DNA of 64,000 nucleotides from Bugula neritina. Lineage: Eukaryota > Animalia > Bryozoa. This document shows positions 14,124 through 27,137 of the stretch, in pieces (position 1 is the first letter of the stretch; each line of letters opens with the position of its first letter). The notes below the pieces were generated by a model, which did not search any database, was not told the origin of the DNA, and saw nothing but the letters and a program-made list of their open reading frames with translations. The stretch covers positions 31,450,628 to 31,514,627 of the forward strand of contig OZ037767.1 of NCBI GenBank assembly GCA_964035545.1. The letters run 5' to 3'. The position numbers and the translations under genes are program-made.

Positions 14124-17100
14124 ATGGATAAACACAGAATATTAAAACCTTATTCTGCCATCTTCTTGACCGTTCTCATATTTAATCAGTATCAGTCGAC
14201 TTCGGGATACATTGACGACATGGGAAGGTGTGAACCTATTCACATCGACATGTGCTCCCACCTGAAGTACAACATGACCTCTATGCCAAACTCTCTTGGG
14301 CACATCTCTCAAGAAGAGGTCATTGCGGAGTTACGGCCGTACTCCCAACTGGTGACTTTGTTCAACTGCTCTCAGCACATAGAGTTTTTCCTGTGCAGTC
14401 TCTTTGTTCCCATGTGTACCATGCAGATGGACGGACCTCTGGTCATCAACGTGTGCCGCAGCATGTGCTTGCAGGTGAGAGACACTACTTGACATGTGTC
14501 ATAGGTTACAGAGAAAGTAAACTCTCCAGCTTTGTTAACTTGCATGCTTTGAGTTATTTTAATTTCAAAGATGCAGTAATTGTAAAGGCAAACAATTGAC
14601 TACATGCCATAAATAACTGAAATAACTTGATGCAGCTAAATATTGGCAGCTACATGTTGATGTTATTTTTGCAGCATTTGCAAAAACAAAGTATATTTTG
14701 CGATAAGATTATTGTAGCACCTTGCTATGGCAATAGACACTATAGTTGCAGTTATAAGTGCATAGAAATTTGAAAGCTATAAATTTTTGAGTAATTCATA
14801 TTGAGATTTGGGATAAAGGCATTGTACTGCGATGAGGTGGTGGCGTGATAAAGATGTGCTACATATTGATATTGTATTATGTAATAATGTACACTGAAAA
14901 GTATAATTCTTCCAGCATTATAGGCTCTTATAAACAGTTGTTCTTAGTTGTCAGCTTCATTAAGAAATAATTTATTCAAATTCTTTACTCAATTCAAGTC
15001 TGCAATTTTTTAAAGTTTAGAATTTAAATTTCTTCTCTTTTATGTTGAATTTTTTATTGCATAGCTTAGCACTTTTTCTCACCAAAAGTAGTGATCTACT
15101 GTTTGGTATGCTGTTAGTATCAGACTATATTATGCAGCATACGGAAGTGTCAATACTAAGCTAAATTTGCAGCTACACAATTCGGTCATAATGCACCTCA
15201 TCATCTTTGTTCTGGCCAGTGTGAACTTCTTTGTGCAGATTTAAAGAGTTTTGGACTTTCTTTTAAAAAAATTTATCCACCTCCACCCCTAAAAATTCTT
15301 TTCAAAAACTTAATGTACTAAAAATATCTTATAAAGCAACCAACACGCACAAAATTGAAAGGCTCACTTAATTCATGGCCTTAGAGTAAGTATAGTTATC
15401 GTTGCTAAAGGATGTCACTCTTTTCTATACCAACAGGGTTTCCTTCTTGGATAAAATTAAGAAGTAAAACAGATTAGACCTTCAATTATACAAGTTTTAT
15501 TTTTCTGCAGTCTACAGTTAGATATTAAAACTCAAAATTCATGTCTAGCAGTACAAGTAAACCAACATTTCTTATTTTCCTCTCAAACCTATTACAATGA
15601 ATATAGGTTACCATAACCTACTAGCAGTAGATATATTGTTGAAACTACTACGGGTGGTGTCGTGGCCTGCATCGGTAGACAGGACACATTTCTCTGCTCT
15701 GTATCCACCAACTTCTGTATCCCAACATACATTACTTCTTCTGTTGACTGTAGTTGACCTGTTGATACAGTTAACTGTCAAATCAACTGTATAAATCATG
15801 AGCCCATTTATTTACCTTAATAGACATAGGCCTTCGTGTAAATTAACTGAATAGCTTCTAATCCCACTATGAAACTCAAACTATCCATTTAATTTAAGCA
15901 GTTTTTTAATTATCTTGGTCGCTAGATTACCATTGCAGGTTGCTCATCCAAGTGATTAATGAAGGCTTATTCTTGAGCTGTTGAAACTACAACCCAGGCC
16001 AACTGTAGTCTTTACCTCTCTTTGCTCTGTCCTGTTTGGGTAAGGGGGGGGGGCTAGGCTAGCCGATATTGGCATAGTTTAAATATAATCTACCAAGGCT
16101 AGAAGATTTCCTAGTTGAGATTCATTTGGCAGGAAGAAATTTATAAGTCCATTGGTTACCCAGCCAGCTGTATTTTTAGACACAAGAACCACAAAATAAT
16201 GTATTTACCTTCATCAACAGCCAAACTGGGTGCTAGTGGTGAATGTAATTAACTGTTCTTTTGTGCTTGGCTGATGCATATAACAGCTTATCCAAATAAC
16301 TAATAATTACATACTTGTTTGAACTTTTCAGCCTTGAAACACTTACAAGATAGTCAGCATATTTTTATTTAGAATTCATTATCTTTCAACAAAAGATCTT
16401 TCTCACAAAATGCCATTCTAGAATAGAGCCCTAGTTATTCCCCTGTATTGGGGTGTGTAGTATGAAGGCCAAGTTAGAGCTTATCCAAAACAGCTGTATT
16501 GTATTATGTTGCAAACTACTCAATCATGTGAGGTATGCAGCTGAACTAGTAGCATGATCATATAGATACTAGTTATCTGTGTTTGATACATGTGAAAGTG
16601 TCAAGCTGATGCTAATTTTTGATTGATCTACTCCAGTGATTGAGAAGTTGTTGCTCACCAGACTGATATCGTGTCATTACTTTGGCTACTTCAATGTTCC
16701 ACTCACTTTATTTACAGGTGAAGTCAGACTGTGACTCCATACTGAAGAAACTCGAAGTCCGTTGGCCTCTAAACTGTAGTGAGTTGCCAGAATCAAATGT
16801 GAAAGAGCAGCTGTGTATGGCTCCAAGAGGAAACCAATTACCTTCCCCTGGTTTATCCACTCACACCCCTCCTGATGTAGAAGAGGCTGTAACTAGGCAG
16901 AGAGTTTCTTTCACTGAGGTGGCTGGGATAACTCCCAAACAGCACACGCCCTCTACATCCTGTCCAGATCAGTATGTTCGCTATGAGAACAGGTCATGCA
17001 CCAACTTGTGTGACCCTGCCTGCAAAGACTGCGTTCCCAAATGTCAGCACGTTTTCTACACTCAGAAACACAAGAACTTTGCGTACACCTGGATGGCTAT

Positions 17101-18172
17101 ATGGGCGTCTCTCTGCATCGCTTCAACACTCTTCACAATCGTTACTTTCTGTATTGATCCGCGAAGGTTCCGTTATCCAACCAGACCTGTTATCTTCATG
17201 GCTTTCTGTTACCTCATCTATGCATTATCCTACTTCATTCCTCTCTTCATACCCAGGGAGAAAATTATATGCAAGTCTGATGTTCAGGGGGATCTCATGG
17301 TGGTGAATGGGATGGAATCGACCTTGTGTGTCATCATATTTTTGGTTCAGTATTACTTTGGTATTGCCAGCCACGTCTGGTGGCTCATACTCACATTCAC
17401 ATGGTACCTGGCGGCCAGCAGAAAGTGGGTTCTGGAGGCCATCAACTCCATAGCTTGCTATTTCCACTTGTTTGCATGGGCTGTACCAGCAGTGCTCACA
17501 GTGGTCATCTTAGTCACTGGCAGAGTTGACAGCAATGAGCTAACCGGCATGTGCTATGTTGGCAACCACGACAAGTGGTCTCTGCTTATTTACATCATCA
17601 TTCCAACATCCTTCCTTTGTTTAGTTGGAGAAATACTCATGTTGGCTGGTTTCGTCTCTGTCCTCCGTATAAGAACCAACTTGAAGACTCACGTGGATGA
17701 TGCTAGTGTCAGAAAGCTAGAGAAGCTAATGGCTAAGATAGGTGTGTTTGCCATCTTCTACACTGTACCGACAGTGTGCGTTCTCGGCTCCAACATACAC
17801 GAGTTTATGAACATGGACACATGGAGGTGCATGTCCTCACTGGTGTCTACCTTAGTAGGTTCTATTCCCACTGTAGAGATACACATACTCAAGATATCAA
17901 TGTCTTTAATAGTCGGTGTTTTCATCGCAATGTGGGTATTAAACTCAAAAACTTTGCAGACTTGTGAACGCAAGTGCAGCAGAAAAAGTAGCAACAGTCG
18001 TTTACTTCACCAAAGCCAATATAATAACAAAGCATCTTATGTTATAGCTAAACAGACAGACTGTAATGGGTACGTGAAACACTACAAGTTTCCAGCAAGT
18101 CACCACGTTATCTCTGCTTCCCATAAACACTATAGCAAAGGACCTGATGCTCTCCTATCTGTAAATTTGTAG
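14124..18172 (+). CDS. FZD4: Frizzled family Wnt receptor, Fz4-like; 2 coding exons (14124-14474, 16718-18172), ~601 aa
   Basis: Exon 1 has a signal-peptide-like stretch and a CRD (RCEPIHIDMC..YNMTSMPN..FFLCSLFVPMC) and ends CAG|GTGAGA at 14474. Exon 2 starts after TTTACAG at 16718 in phase 0. It encodes the 7TM domain with Frizzled motifs FRYPxRPVIF, WWLILTFTWYLAA, YFHLFAWAVP, ELTGMCYVG and KLEKLMAKIGVF (K at this position as in FZD4/9), then KTLQTC. The subfamily call is from remembered motif similarity, not a tree. Confidence 0.93.
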
Positions 18173-20894
18173 CAGATAGCCAGTAGCTTATTTTTATGTT
18201 CTGTACAGTAACTTAATCTTCCTTTCAAAGGAAGTATGTAAATGTATATGATATTGATATACTCATTGTACAGGTGTATGTATTCACAAAGGAGCTCCAA
18301 TTGCGCTTTTACTCTCAAGTTAATAGAACAATATTAACTAGAATGATGGTCATTATTTTAGTTTATTATTACTATCTACTACCACAACAACTACCTGATC
18401 AATTTGCTTAATTAATAACTACTCAGTGTATACAGTGTTGTGGGCTATTGTTTCCAACTTTCCATAGAGTAATAGCGACTTTGATACATAGGTTCTACAA
18501 CCTATTATCTTTCTGTATACTAATCAAAGTCTTTCTTCTAAACAACCTTATCGGTTAGTTTGTCAATATTATTTATCTAGAAATGTTTAATGTGCCATAA
18601 CTAGCTTGGAGTCGCTTGGCTAATTCATTTGGAACATTTCAGTTAACAAGTATACTGATAGTCTGTTTAATGTCCCATTATAAAGCCAGGCTTTGGTAGA
18701 AGCCATCTTGTTACCTGCTAGTAATCTGCTCCCTTGTATAAATTTGTTTACCATTTTTCTATGGCTTTACTGAAAGTTCTATATATAAATATTATATTTT
18801 ATTCCACTATGCACAAGCTATACTAGCAACTATACAAATATGATTTTATTATTTTAACACTTTTTTATTATTTTTGCCAGCAAATAGATGCTAGTATTTG
18901 TTTAGAATTTTTGATGGTGCTCAAATATAGAATCCTTTACATAACAGGAATCATAGCTTGCTCTGTTCCTTGTTAGACAATCACTAGAATATATACACAA
19001 TGCTAGTGAAATAGTAGATAAATTAATTAAATTTACACAATTCAAAGCAGACTGGCTGTGATGCTACAAGTTTACTAGTAAGATTTTAGATAATCATACT
19101 AATTTTTTTGAACCGTACTCAACTAGTGGGTTCAATTACAGGTGTGGTTAATGTAATGGTCTATTTCCACCACACGCTTTACCTTGCTCACCTTAGCTTA
19201 GTAGCAGCAGTCATTGCTACTTCACTAATTAACATGAATTTGATACCATTAGTCTTTCAAACCTTGTCTGCTTTGTTTATGTGTGCCTCAATGTCAAAAC
19301 AACCCTTGCATTCATATACTGGCTTAAAATTCAAATGAGATAAAATATTTAAAGTATAACTTAAAACATTAATTGCTGCAATGCAAACTGTTGGTAAAAG
19401 CCAAAAAGGCTAAGTAAAGTTTTTATGTTGGTCATGTTTACTGATGTCTAGTTGAACAGCTTGGGTACTATCTTGCTATAAAAGAGCTAGGTATAATAGA
19501 GTTATTGTTTTTCAACTAATGCACGCTGTTTCCATCAATACAGGGAATAAGGTTTCACTGGGTTGCTGTTAGTAGATAAAAGCCGTTTTCTCTGGTCATT
19601 GCATTCCAGATCAATTATCGCTACACTGAAAAGTCAAACCCAAAACGATCTTTTATAAAACTTAATTGCTTTTATTCATGGTTTTGTAAAGCAAATAATG
19701 AAGATCATACAGAAAAGAATCATTCTCAATCAACTCTTTCCATTCAAACATGAATTCACATTGTTTGCATGCATGTTATTTTTTCTTAGTCCGTTTCACA
19801 GAGACACAAAGACACAGCTTGATGGTTCATCAACTACTGCTGTTTTTTGTTTTAAGTTAAACTGCTAACTACTAAAAACCAGTAAAGTTTCAGCAAATCT
19901 CACTTTTATAGTTTGGAAATTCATATAATTGGAGTTCAGGGAGCTCTGCTATATAAGTAACTGTTCTAAAAAAATGGCGATTTCATTATATTACCGTTAA
20001 CCTGCTCTCTCATACTCTCTTGAAAAATCTTTTATGGCAGCATAACCTATAGGTCAACTCCAGAAATAGCACTATAAACATCACTGTTGTTGCTGAAAAC
20101 TAGTAAAACACAGTTGCAAATACTTTAATTCAAAATTCAAAATTGCTTCCAACAATTCAAAAGTAGACGAGTTTGTTTAGCAGTCAGCCACTACTTGTAC
20201 TTGTAGTAACTCTAAATATGAGAGTCTCATCTCCTCATAGCAAATACATGAAAGCAGCAACAGAAAGTATGTATAAGCTATATATTTTAGTCAGCTGCAT
20301 GATTGGTTGTAGCTGTCAATGATCAATTACATAACAACAATTTTAAATAATTCAGTATTTCATACTGATAGACTTGTTTCTCTTTATTGGCATTTTTTAG
20401 TTTCTATTGAACATAACATAGAGAGAGAATGTATTACCACTAACAGGAAATACATAGTGTTGTTCTTCTCCATAGCAACCATATAATATATTGTTGCCAT
20501 TCTTGTTGCTAGGGTTGTTAAAAGCTAAAATAGTTTCTTAATTAATGAAACATGCACCACTTGAGTGTTTTAACATGCTCAGCTGAACTTTGTTCTAAGT
20601 GTATGACTTTTACCAAAGAATATGCATTTCCTTTGAGATTTGTGCCTGAAGATGTTACCATTCCTTGAGATTCAATTTTTTGCAGTGCCTTGTAGCTTGT
20701 CTCAAATTTGGGATTCCTGTTTTCTCTGGAACCTGAATGATGGTATAGAATTCTCTAATGCCTTTCCTTATTTCAGCTTCAGCTTACAAAAAGATCAACC
20801 TTAGTTTGACTTTAAATTTGCTGAAGTTTTGCATTTGCTAGAAAGTAGAATTAAAATGATTTCCTCCATAAATCAGCTGTTGGCAGCTTCTGGA

Positions 20895-20992
20895 GATGTC
20901 GATTGCTGGTGACAGATCACCTGTAGATGTCATTGCTGGTGGCAGATCACCTGTAGATGTCATTGCTGGTGGCAGATCACTTGTAGATGTCA
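20895..20992. repeat. 30-bp tandem repeat, ~3 copies
   Basis: Unit ATTGCTGGTGGCAGATCACCTGTAGATGTC. Confidence 0.85.
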
Positions 20993-23900
20993 GAGAAATT
21001 AATAAATGACAGCAGTAAGCTAGAAATTCTCTGGTCTAATTGATTCTTTTCTAATCCTAACAATCGTAACATAAAAATAATATAATATTGCGTTGCTGGG
21101 GAAAATATTTTTCAACTATTTAACAATCCATGGTTAAAATATTTAAACTATGTTGTGTATTAATTGTTAGTATATTATTATCTTATCTGAATATTTGAAC
21201 TGTACCATATTTAGCTGTAGAAAGTAGCTAAATGTGCCAGGTCGCTGTTTCAAGGATAATTCTATCTGCTTAGTTTTATATACAGGATACAGGTATACCC
21301 TGCATACCAACTCTGGTATTATATTACATAACTATAACCATGTTTGAGTAATTATTAAACAGGTAACCATTGCAACCAAACCCTATTAATCACTGCTAAC
21401 AACTGTTGACAACTAGTAATCAACCAAAGAGGAAAGATTATATCTTTGATTTGTAATTGGAATTTGAAGGAGCTCTCACTTTATATCAGCTACTTGAATA
21501 TTTTCTACTGTATTTTATGTTCCGACTTTTAGTTTATAGTATAGTTTTTGTTGAGCTTAGATTTGCTATTTCTGGACAGTGTCCAAAGTATATTGGCATC
21601 TCTTCAAACGCTATACTTTATCATACAAACAGCTTGGTACAATGCTGAATAACCAAGTATCTTTTTCCAGATGTTGCTGCATTGTGTTGCAGAGCTGTTA
21701 CATTCTGTTACTATTTTGGTCGTTTTCAGTATAAGTTTGACAGCAGGACCAGACGCTAAAGCTTTATACAGGTCAACGATTGGAGTCAGCGATGTTATTA
21801 GCTAATAACTTTATTAATTCCTTTTACCAAAATCTCTGATTCCACTGTCTCCTGGAATGACATTTCAGACCGAATTTTAATGCATAAACATGACTTGTTG
21901 CATAAAACTGAGCATTTGCTCATAGTGACGGCATTCAGACTTGGCATAGGGCTGTAACTAAATACATGGCACTACTTCATCTATACAATACACGTCACTA
22001 TACTTCATCTATACAGGAGTTTTATATGTTTTATTTCTACTACACTAGCGGGCTTCATAATTATTTAGTCCTAACGTTTGAAAACAAAAATGAATAAAAT
22101 AGCCAGCAGTTTTGCTTTGGAACTTTGCTGTGAAGTATCTATAACAATGTCGGGGCATGGTACACCAATGCAGACCCCCCCCCCCCCCAACTGCTACAAT
22201 GTCAAAGAACATTAAGAGACTAGAATCTCTCATATAATTTGCATACTGTATATAAAAAGTTGCTTTTCAAAAGACTAATTTTTGTCAATTGATAAATGTT
22301 TCAACAAATTAAACAATGCTCTTATTTATTTCATCACCTATTGTCTGCTCTGTAAAAGTTCATACAGTAACACAGTTCAGCTGCTATAGCATTCTAATCC
22401 AATCTTGAGTTTATATCATATTGCATCAACTATACTACAGGCCTATTACGCAAAACTGGAAATCATTTGTCAAGAGCTTGTCAGTGTTTTATGTATAAGC
22501 AATGAAAAGATGATTAACAGACTGGAAGAACAACATAAAAAACAAGTAAAAAATACTAAATTTATTTAAATTAGCCGTTGAGTCTTTGCAATACTGCTCT
22601 CTTGGCACTAGCAGTGATTGATAGCATAAAAAAACATTAGTTCTGTCAGTTTTATATCAAGTTCAAATAAGTTTCTATCAGTTTCGTTTGATTAGGATTC
22701 AGCTATATTAATGACAACAAGCTGCGATATTTAATTACTGGTCTCTGTAATATATAATTGACATCTATTAATAGGAGAAATGGAATTATAATTTAATCTT
22801 GATTAGAGGAGAGTTACCAGTGAAGCAATATAAGCAATTGATCAAAGTTATTTAGTAATTTCTAAAGTCAGCAGATTGTGTATAACCATACACGCAAGCA
22901 GAATAAGAGAAAATAATTTAAAAGTGAAACTGAACTTGCTGAAGTTACACCAATCAAGTTTAGCAGAGAAAACGTGAATAAAGTTGTAAAACAATATATA
23001 TGAATAGAGTCTTTTGATGTGAAAACTATAAACAAGATGTAATTAATGCTTTTTTGCACAGAAGATAAGAAGTTAGCTAGCAGTGTATAGCAGGAATGCT
23101 GCCTAGACTTCTATTTCAACAAGTGAGAGCTTGGCATGGTTTTAGTCTTCATAATTTGTGATTCATTAGAGTAAAGAAGTTGGAAAGCCGAATCTGTCAC
23201 AAAAACGGTACTGTCTGCACGCAGCCTATACGTTGTGTTAAGGACGTCACTCGTCTAATATACTACTGAATATTCCAGAACAATCTACAAGATGTACTGT
23301 CTGTGTTTTAATTATTAATTATGTTTTTATAACACATGTGTGAATAAATCAGAATAAATAATTTCATAACTACTTTTACATAGTCTATCATTTTCACATT
23401 TATTACTATAATTTATGTAGTTATGTATAACCATAGAACGGAAATAGCCAGCCATTTATCTGAACTAGCACATATATTATATATACACATACGTGTATGT
23501 ACTATATACAACAACTATTTCTACTTGGGTGGCCAATTACATTTTAAACCAGTTTTCTGCATGCAATTATAATAATTAAATTTGTTTCAGATTCATGTAA
23601 ATTCAATTACTATTTTCTAGGGATATTAGAAAAACATGTCCACATTTGAATTCTTGTAAAATGTTAGCCTGACTTTTTGTTAGCCCAGCTGTTATTCCAA
23701 CATTATTTGAAGTCAACTTCTCTTAATCCATATTGCAATTGAGCAGCTAAAAGGGAAGGATTTGGGTATCAGGTGAAGGGAAGGAGTTAATTAAGTTGAT
23801 GTAATGTAGAGGCATGACTTATTACTAAAAAGTCGGTTCCCTCCTCTGCTTTTAATTATAAAATGATGGTTGAGTGAATCAGAGAGCATGATTTCATTGG

Positions 23901-24884
23901 TCTCCCAGTTTAAACAAAATCTACCTGCAGTATATATCAGAATATAACAGAAAATCTACCTGCAGTATATATCAGAATATAACAGAAAATATACCTGCAG
24001 TATATCAGAACAAAAGCTAACAGTTTAGGAAGTGTTGTTGCATTAGTTGTGTATAACAATGTCTAAATTCACCAGAAAGCTAGGAAAGCTATGTTATAGA
24101 TCCAAGTTGAAGCTGTCTATATGGCAACAGCTTCAGCACCAGGTCTATACTTGTGTAGATATCCACCATTGTGTAGTCAGCCACTATAAAACATATACTA
24201 TTGTGTAATTAGCCACCATAAAACATATATACCATTGTGGAGTCCATCACCATAAAACATATACTATTGTGTAGTCCATCACCATGTAAACCAACTCTCC
24301 AGTCTTTATTGAGTCACTATAGATGAAGGGAATATAGTAAACATAGACAGTCTTTTGTAAATTGATATACAGAAAGATTTTACAATGTTGTTTCTAACTT
24401 TACGACTTTGGATAGACAAAAGCTTGATTTTTTCCTGAATACGTTAGGATCTGTCAGGTTATAGGGCAGTCGGAAGCTTTTCAATTCAAATAAATTGATT
24501 GGAAAACTAAAATAACTTTATCATAATGAAGTTGTTAAAAAGGTATTCTTTAGTCAAAATGTTCTTTGTTCACTTTTATTTGAGAAGAATCTTATCTGTT
24601 TAGATAAGTTTGAGTCTAGCAGACGGTCTAGGCTTTCTGCAGCCCGTGACACGATTGATCATGTGACTAACTTCAGTTTTACTCATAGAGAAAGTTGATT
24701 TGGCAATTATTGGACAGTGCTTGTGTTTATTCTAGTATTGTGCTTTTATAATTGCCACTGTCATTCCAAAAATATTTTCATAGCAATAAGTGATTTTCAG
24801 AAAGATGTGAACCTATTTTCAACTCTTAAATAATTCAAAATGTTTTCTAGTTTCAATTATCTAAATAACTTATTTATTTATTAA

Positions 24885-25062
24885 ATATCTCTGTAAGATT
24901 GAGTTAATATCCCTGTAAGATTGAGTTACTACCCCTGTAAGATTGAGTTACTACCCCTGTAAGATTGAGTTACTATCCCTGTAAGATTGAGTTACTACCC
25001 CTGTAAGGTTGAGTTAATATCCCTGTAAGATTGAGTTACTACCCCTGTAAGATTGAGTTAAT
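24885..25062. repeat. 22-bp minisatellite, ~8 copies
   Basis: Unit CCCTGTAAGATTGAGTTACTAC. Confidence 0.9.
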
Positions 25063-25344
25063 ATATAGACAGCTTTACTCTTCACCTGATGGGTTGTTAA
25101 AGCTACCTATTAACTTGATGAGTAAGTGTCATTTAAAGTAATTACAGATATTAAGGTGGTCATTCATTCAGCTTTACTTCTTATGATATTATTTTAATCT
25201 TCTTCTTAAATTTACCATAGAAATAACTACAGCTGATAAATGCAAATTGTTATAATTTAATTTCTTACAAAAACCATATTGAGGTTAAGAACACCTAAAT
25301 TAAGTTATGATGAATGCTAAACTTTAGGATTAGCTGTAGTTATA

Positions 25345-25860
25345 TCAGTACTAGACATCAGTGGTAGTACTATAAGGCATCAGTGGTAGTACTAGACATC
25401 AGTGGTAGTACTATAAGATATCAGTACCAGTCTTCACTATTGGCTACTTTCTTCATTAGATATGCATTAGCAACCATTAGTTAACTATCAATTGACTTTC
25501 AAATAACTGCGAAGTAACTATAAAATAACTATGGCACAACTATTTAAAGTAACTATAGAGCAACTATTAAGTAACTATACAGTAACTATGGAGTAACTAT
25601 AGAGTGACTATTAAGTAACTATACAGTAACTATGGAGTAACTATAGAGTAACCATGGAGTAACTACCTTTTAACATTGCTACACCATGTAGTACAGTGCT
25701 CCTGGATTTTATAATAACTGAGTACATTCAGGGAGTAAATAATATTTCATAACTTTTAGCTAAATTGTGAGACTGTACCCTGAAATCATGTATGTTTAAA
25801 TGGGCTGTAGTTTCTAATACTAATATTATATAGATAGTAATACTAATATAAATAGTAATA

Positions 25861-25939
<79 letters not shown>

Positions 25940-25970
25940 ATACTAATATAGTGATAGTAATACTAATATA
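25345..25970. repeat. Cluster of short tandem repeats (CATCAGTGGTAGTACTA; GTAACTATAGA; TAGTAATACTAATATA; (TA)n)
   Basis: Directly visible in the intergenic region between the convergent genes. Confidence 0.8.
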
Positions 25971-27137
25971 GATACACTGCCACCGATAGCAACACTAATA
26001 TATATTGTTGCCAATACCATATATTTTAGACAATACTAAGATTGTATTCAAAATCTCACACCCATTTAATTGGCAATTTGCAATGCTACAAACTACAATT
26101 AAAATTAGCATAAGTTATAAAAGTAATCTCTCTTTTGTTACAAGCCAGTTGCATAACTAATAAGCCATGACCATAATTATCTCGCCCATTTACTGCATTG
26201 AAGGGTATGGAGTAGTATATAGTATAATAGAGTATAGTATACTCTATATCAGAGTATAATACAGTATATAGTATATAGTAGTGTACAGTATATTATAGCA
26301 GTGTATATTAGTATAATTATATAGTAGTATATTGTAGTAGTATATACAATTAGTATATACAAGTATTAAAGCGATTTACACTAATCATGTTGAGCTGAGG
26401 ATTACTGGTTGCAACATGTAATTAAGTTACATCAGAGGTGAGAGACAAGAAACAATGGCTGTGGTTAAAGGTAATTACATAATTATTATTCTTGCACTAT
26501 GCAAAATGTCTCACTAGAAAACAAGAGATCTTTCAGAAAGATTACATAACAGATTACATGATTGATGGGCAATTATTCTATGTAACAATACAATTGTAGA
26601 CTAGATAATATCCTTTAATATCATAAATATTATGTTGCAATATCCTACAGATATAAAGGGGTTATAAAATCCTATACAAGATGAATCATACTATTTACAA
26701 ATAACAGTACAATATTGCATAAAAAATAACATCACTTATTGCATATGAACAATTTTGGATTACAAAAAATAAATGGAGAGAAAAATAGGATGAAATCACA
26801 AAAGTAAATTATTTTTGAAAACATAACGAATCCCTTGAATCTAAATATTCACAATATATTATTACCTATAATACTTTTGACTTTAAATTTATTTACATGA
26901 TTGAATAAAATTTCACAATAATAATATTCTTCAGAATTCAGGCAGATTAAATCTCTCTTTTGAATAAAAAGTTTCACATGCGCTGCTCGAGAAGAGGCAT
27001 TGATGAGTCATAGGGAACAGTCTGAGATTATTGCTAAGGAATAATAGTTAGGTGCTCAAGAGAGAGGATAACTCTAATAACCGGTTTTGTTTTAGAGTTG
27101 ACCTAATAAAACTAGGTCACCTCAGCACAACCAGTAG

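Noticed and set aside
16974-17994. Overlapping alternative-frame and antisense ORFs inside Frizzled exon 2 (likewise within 29076-30541)
   Set aside because: These are expected shadow ORFs of GC-richer coding exons, with no motifs.
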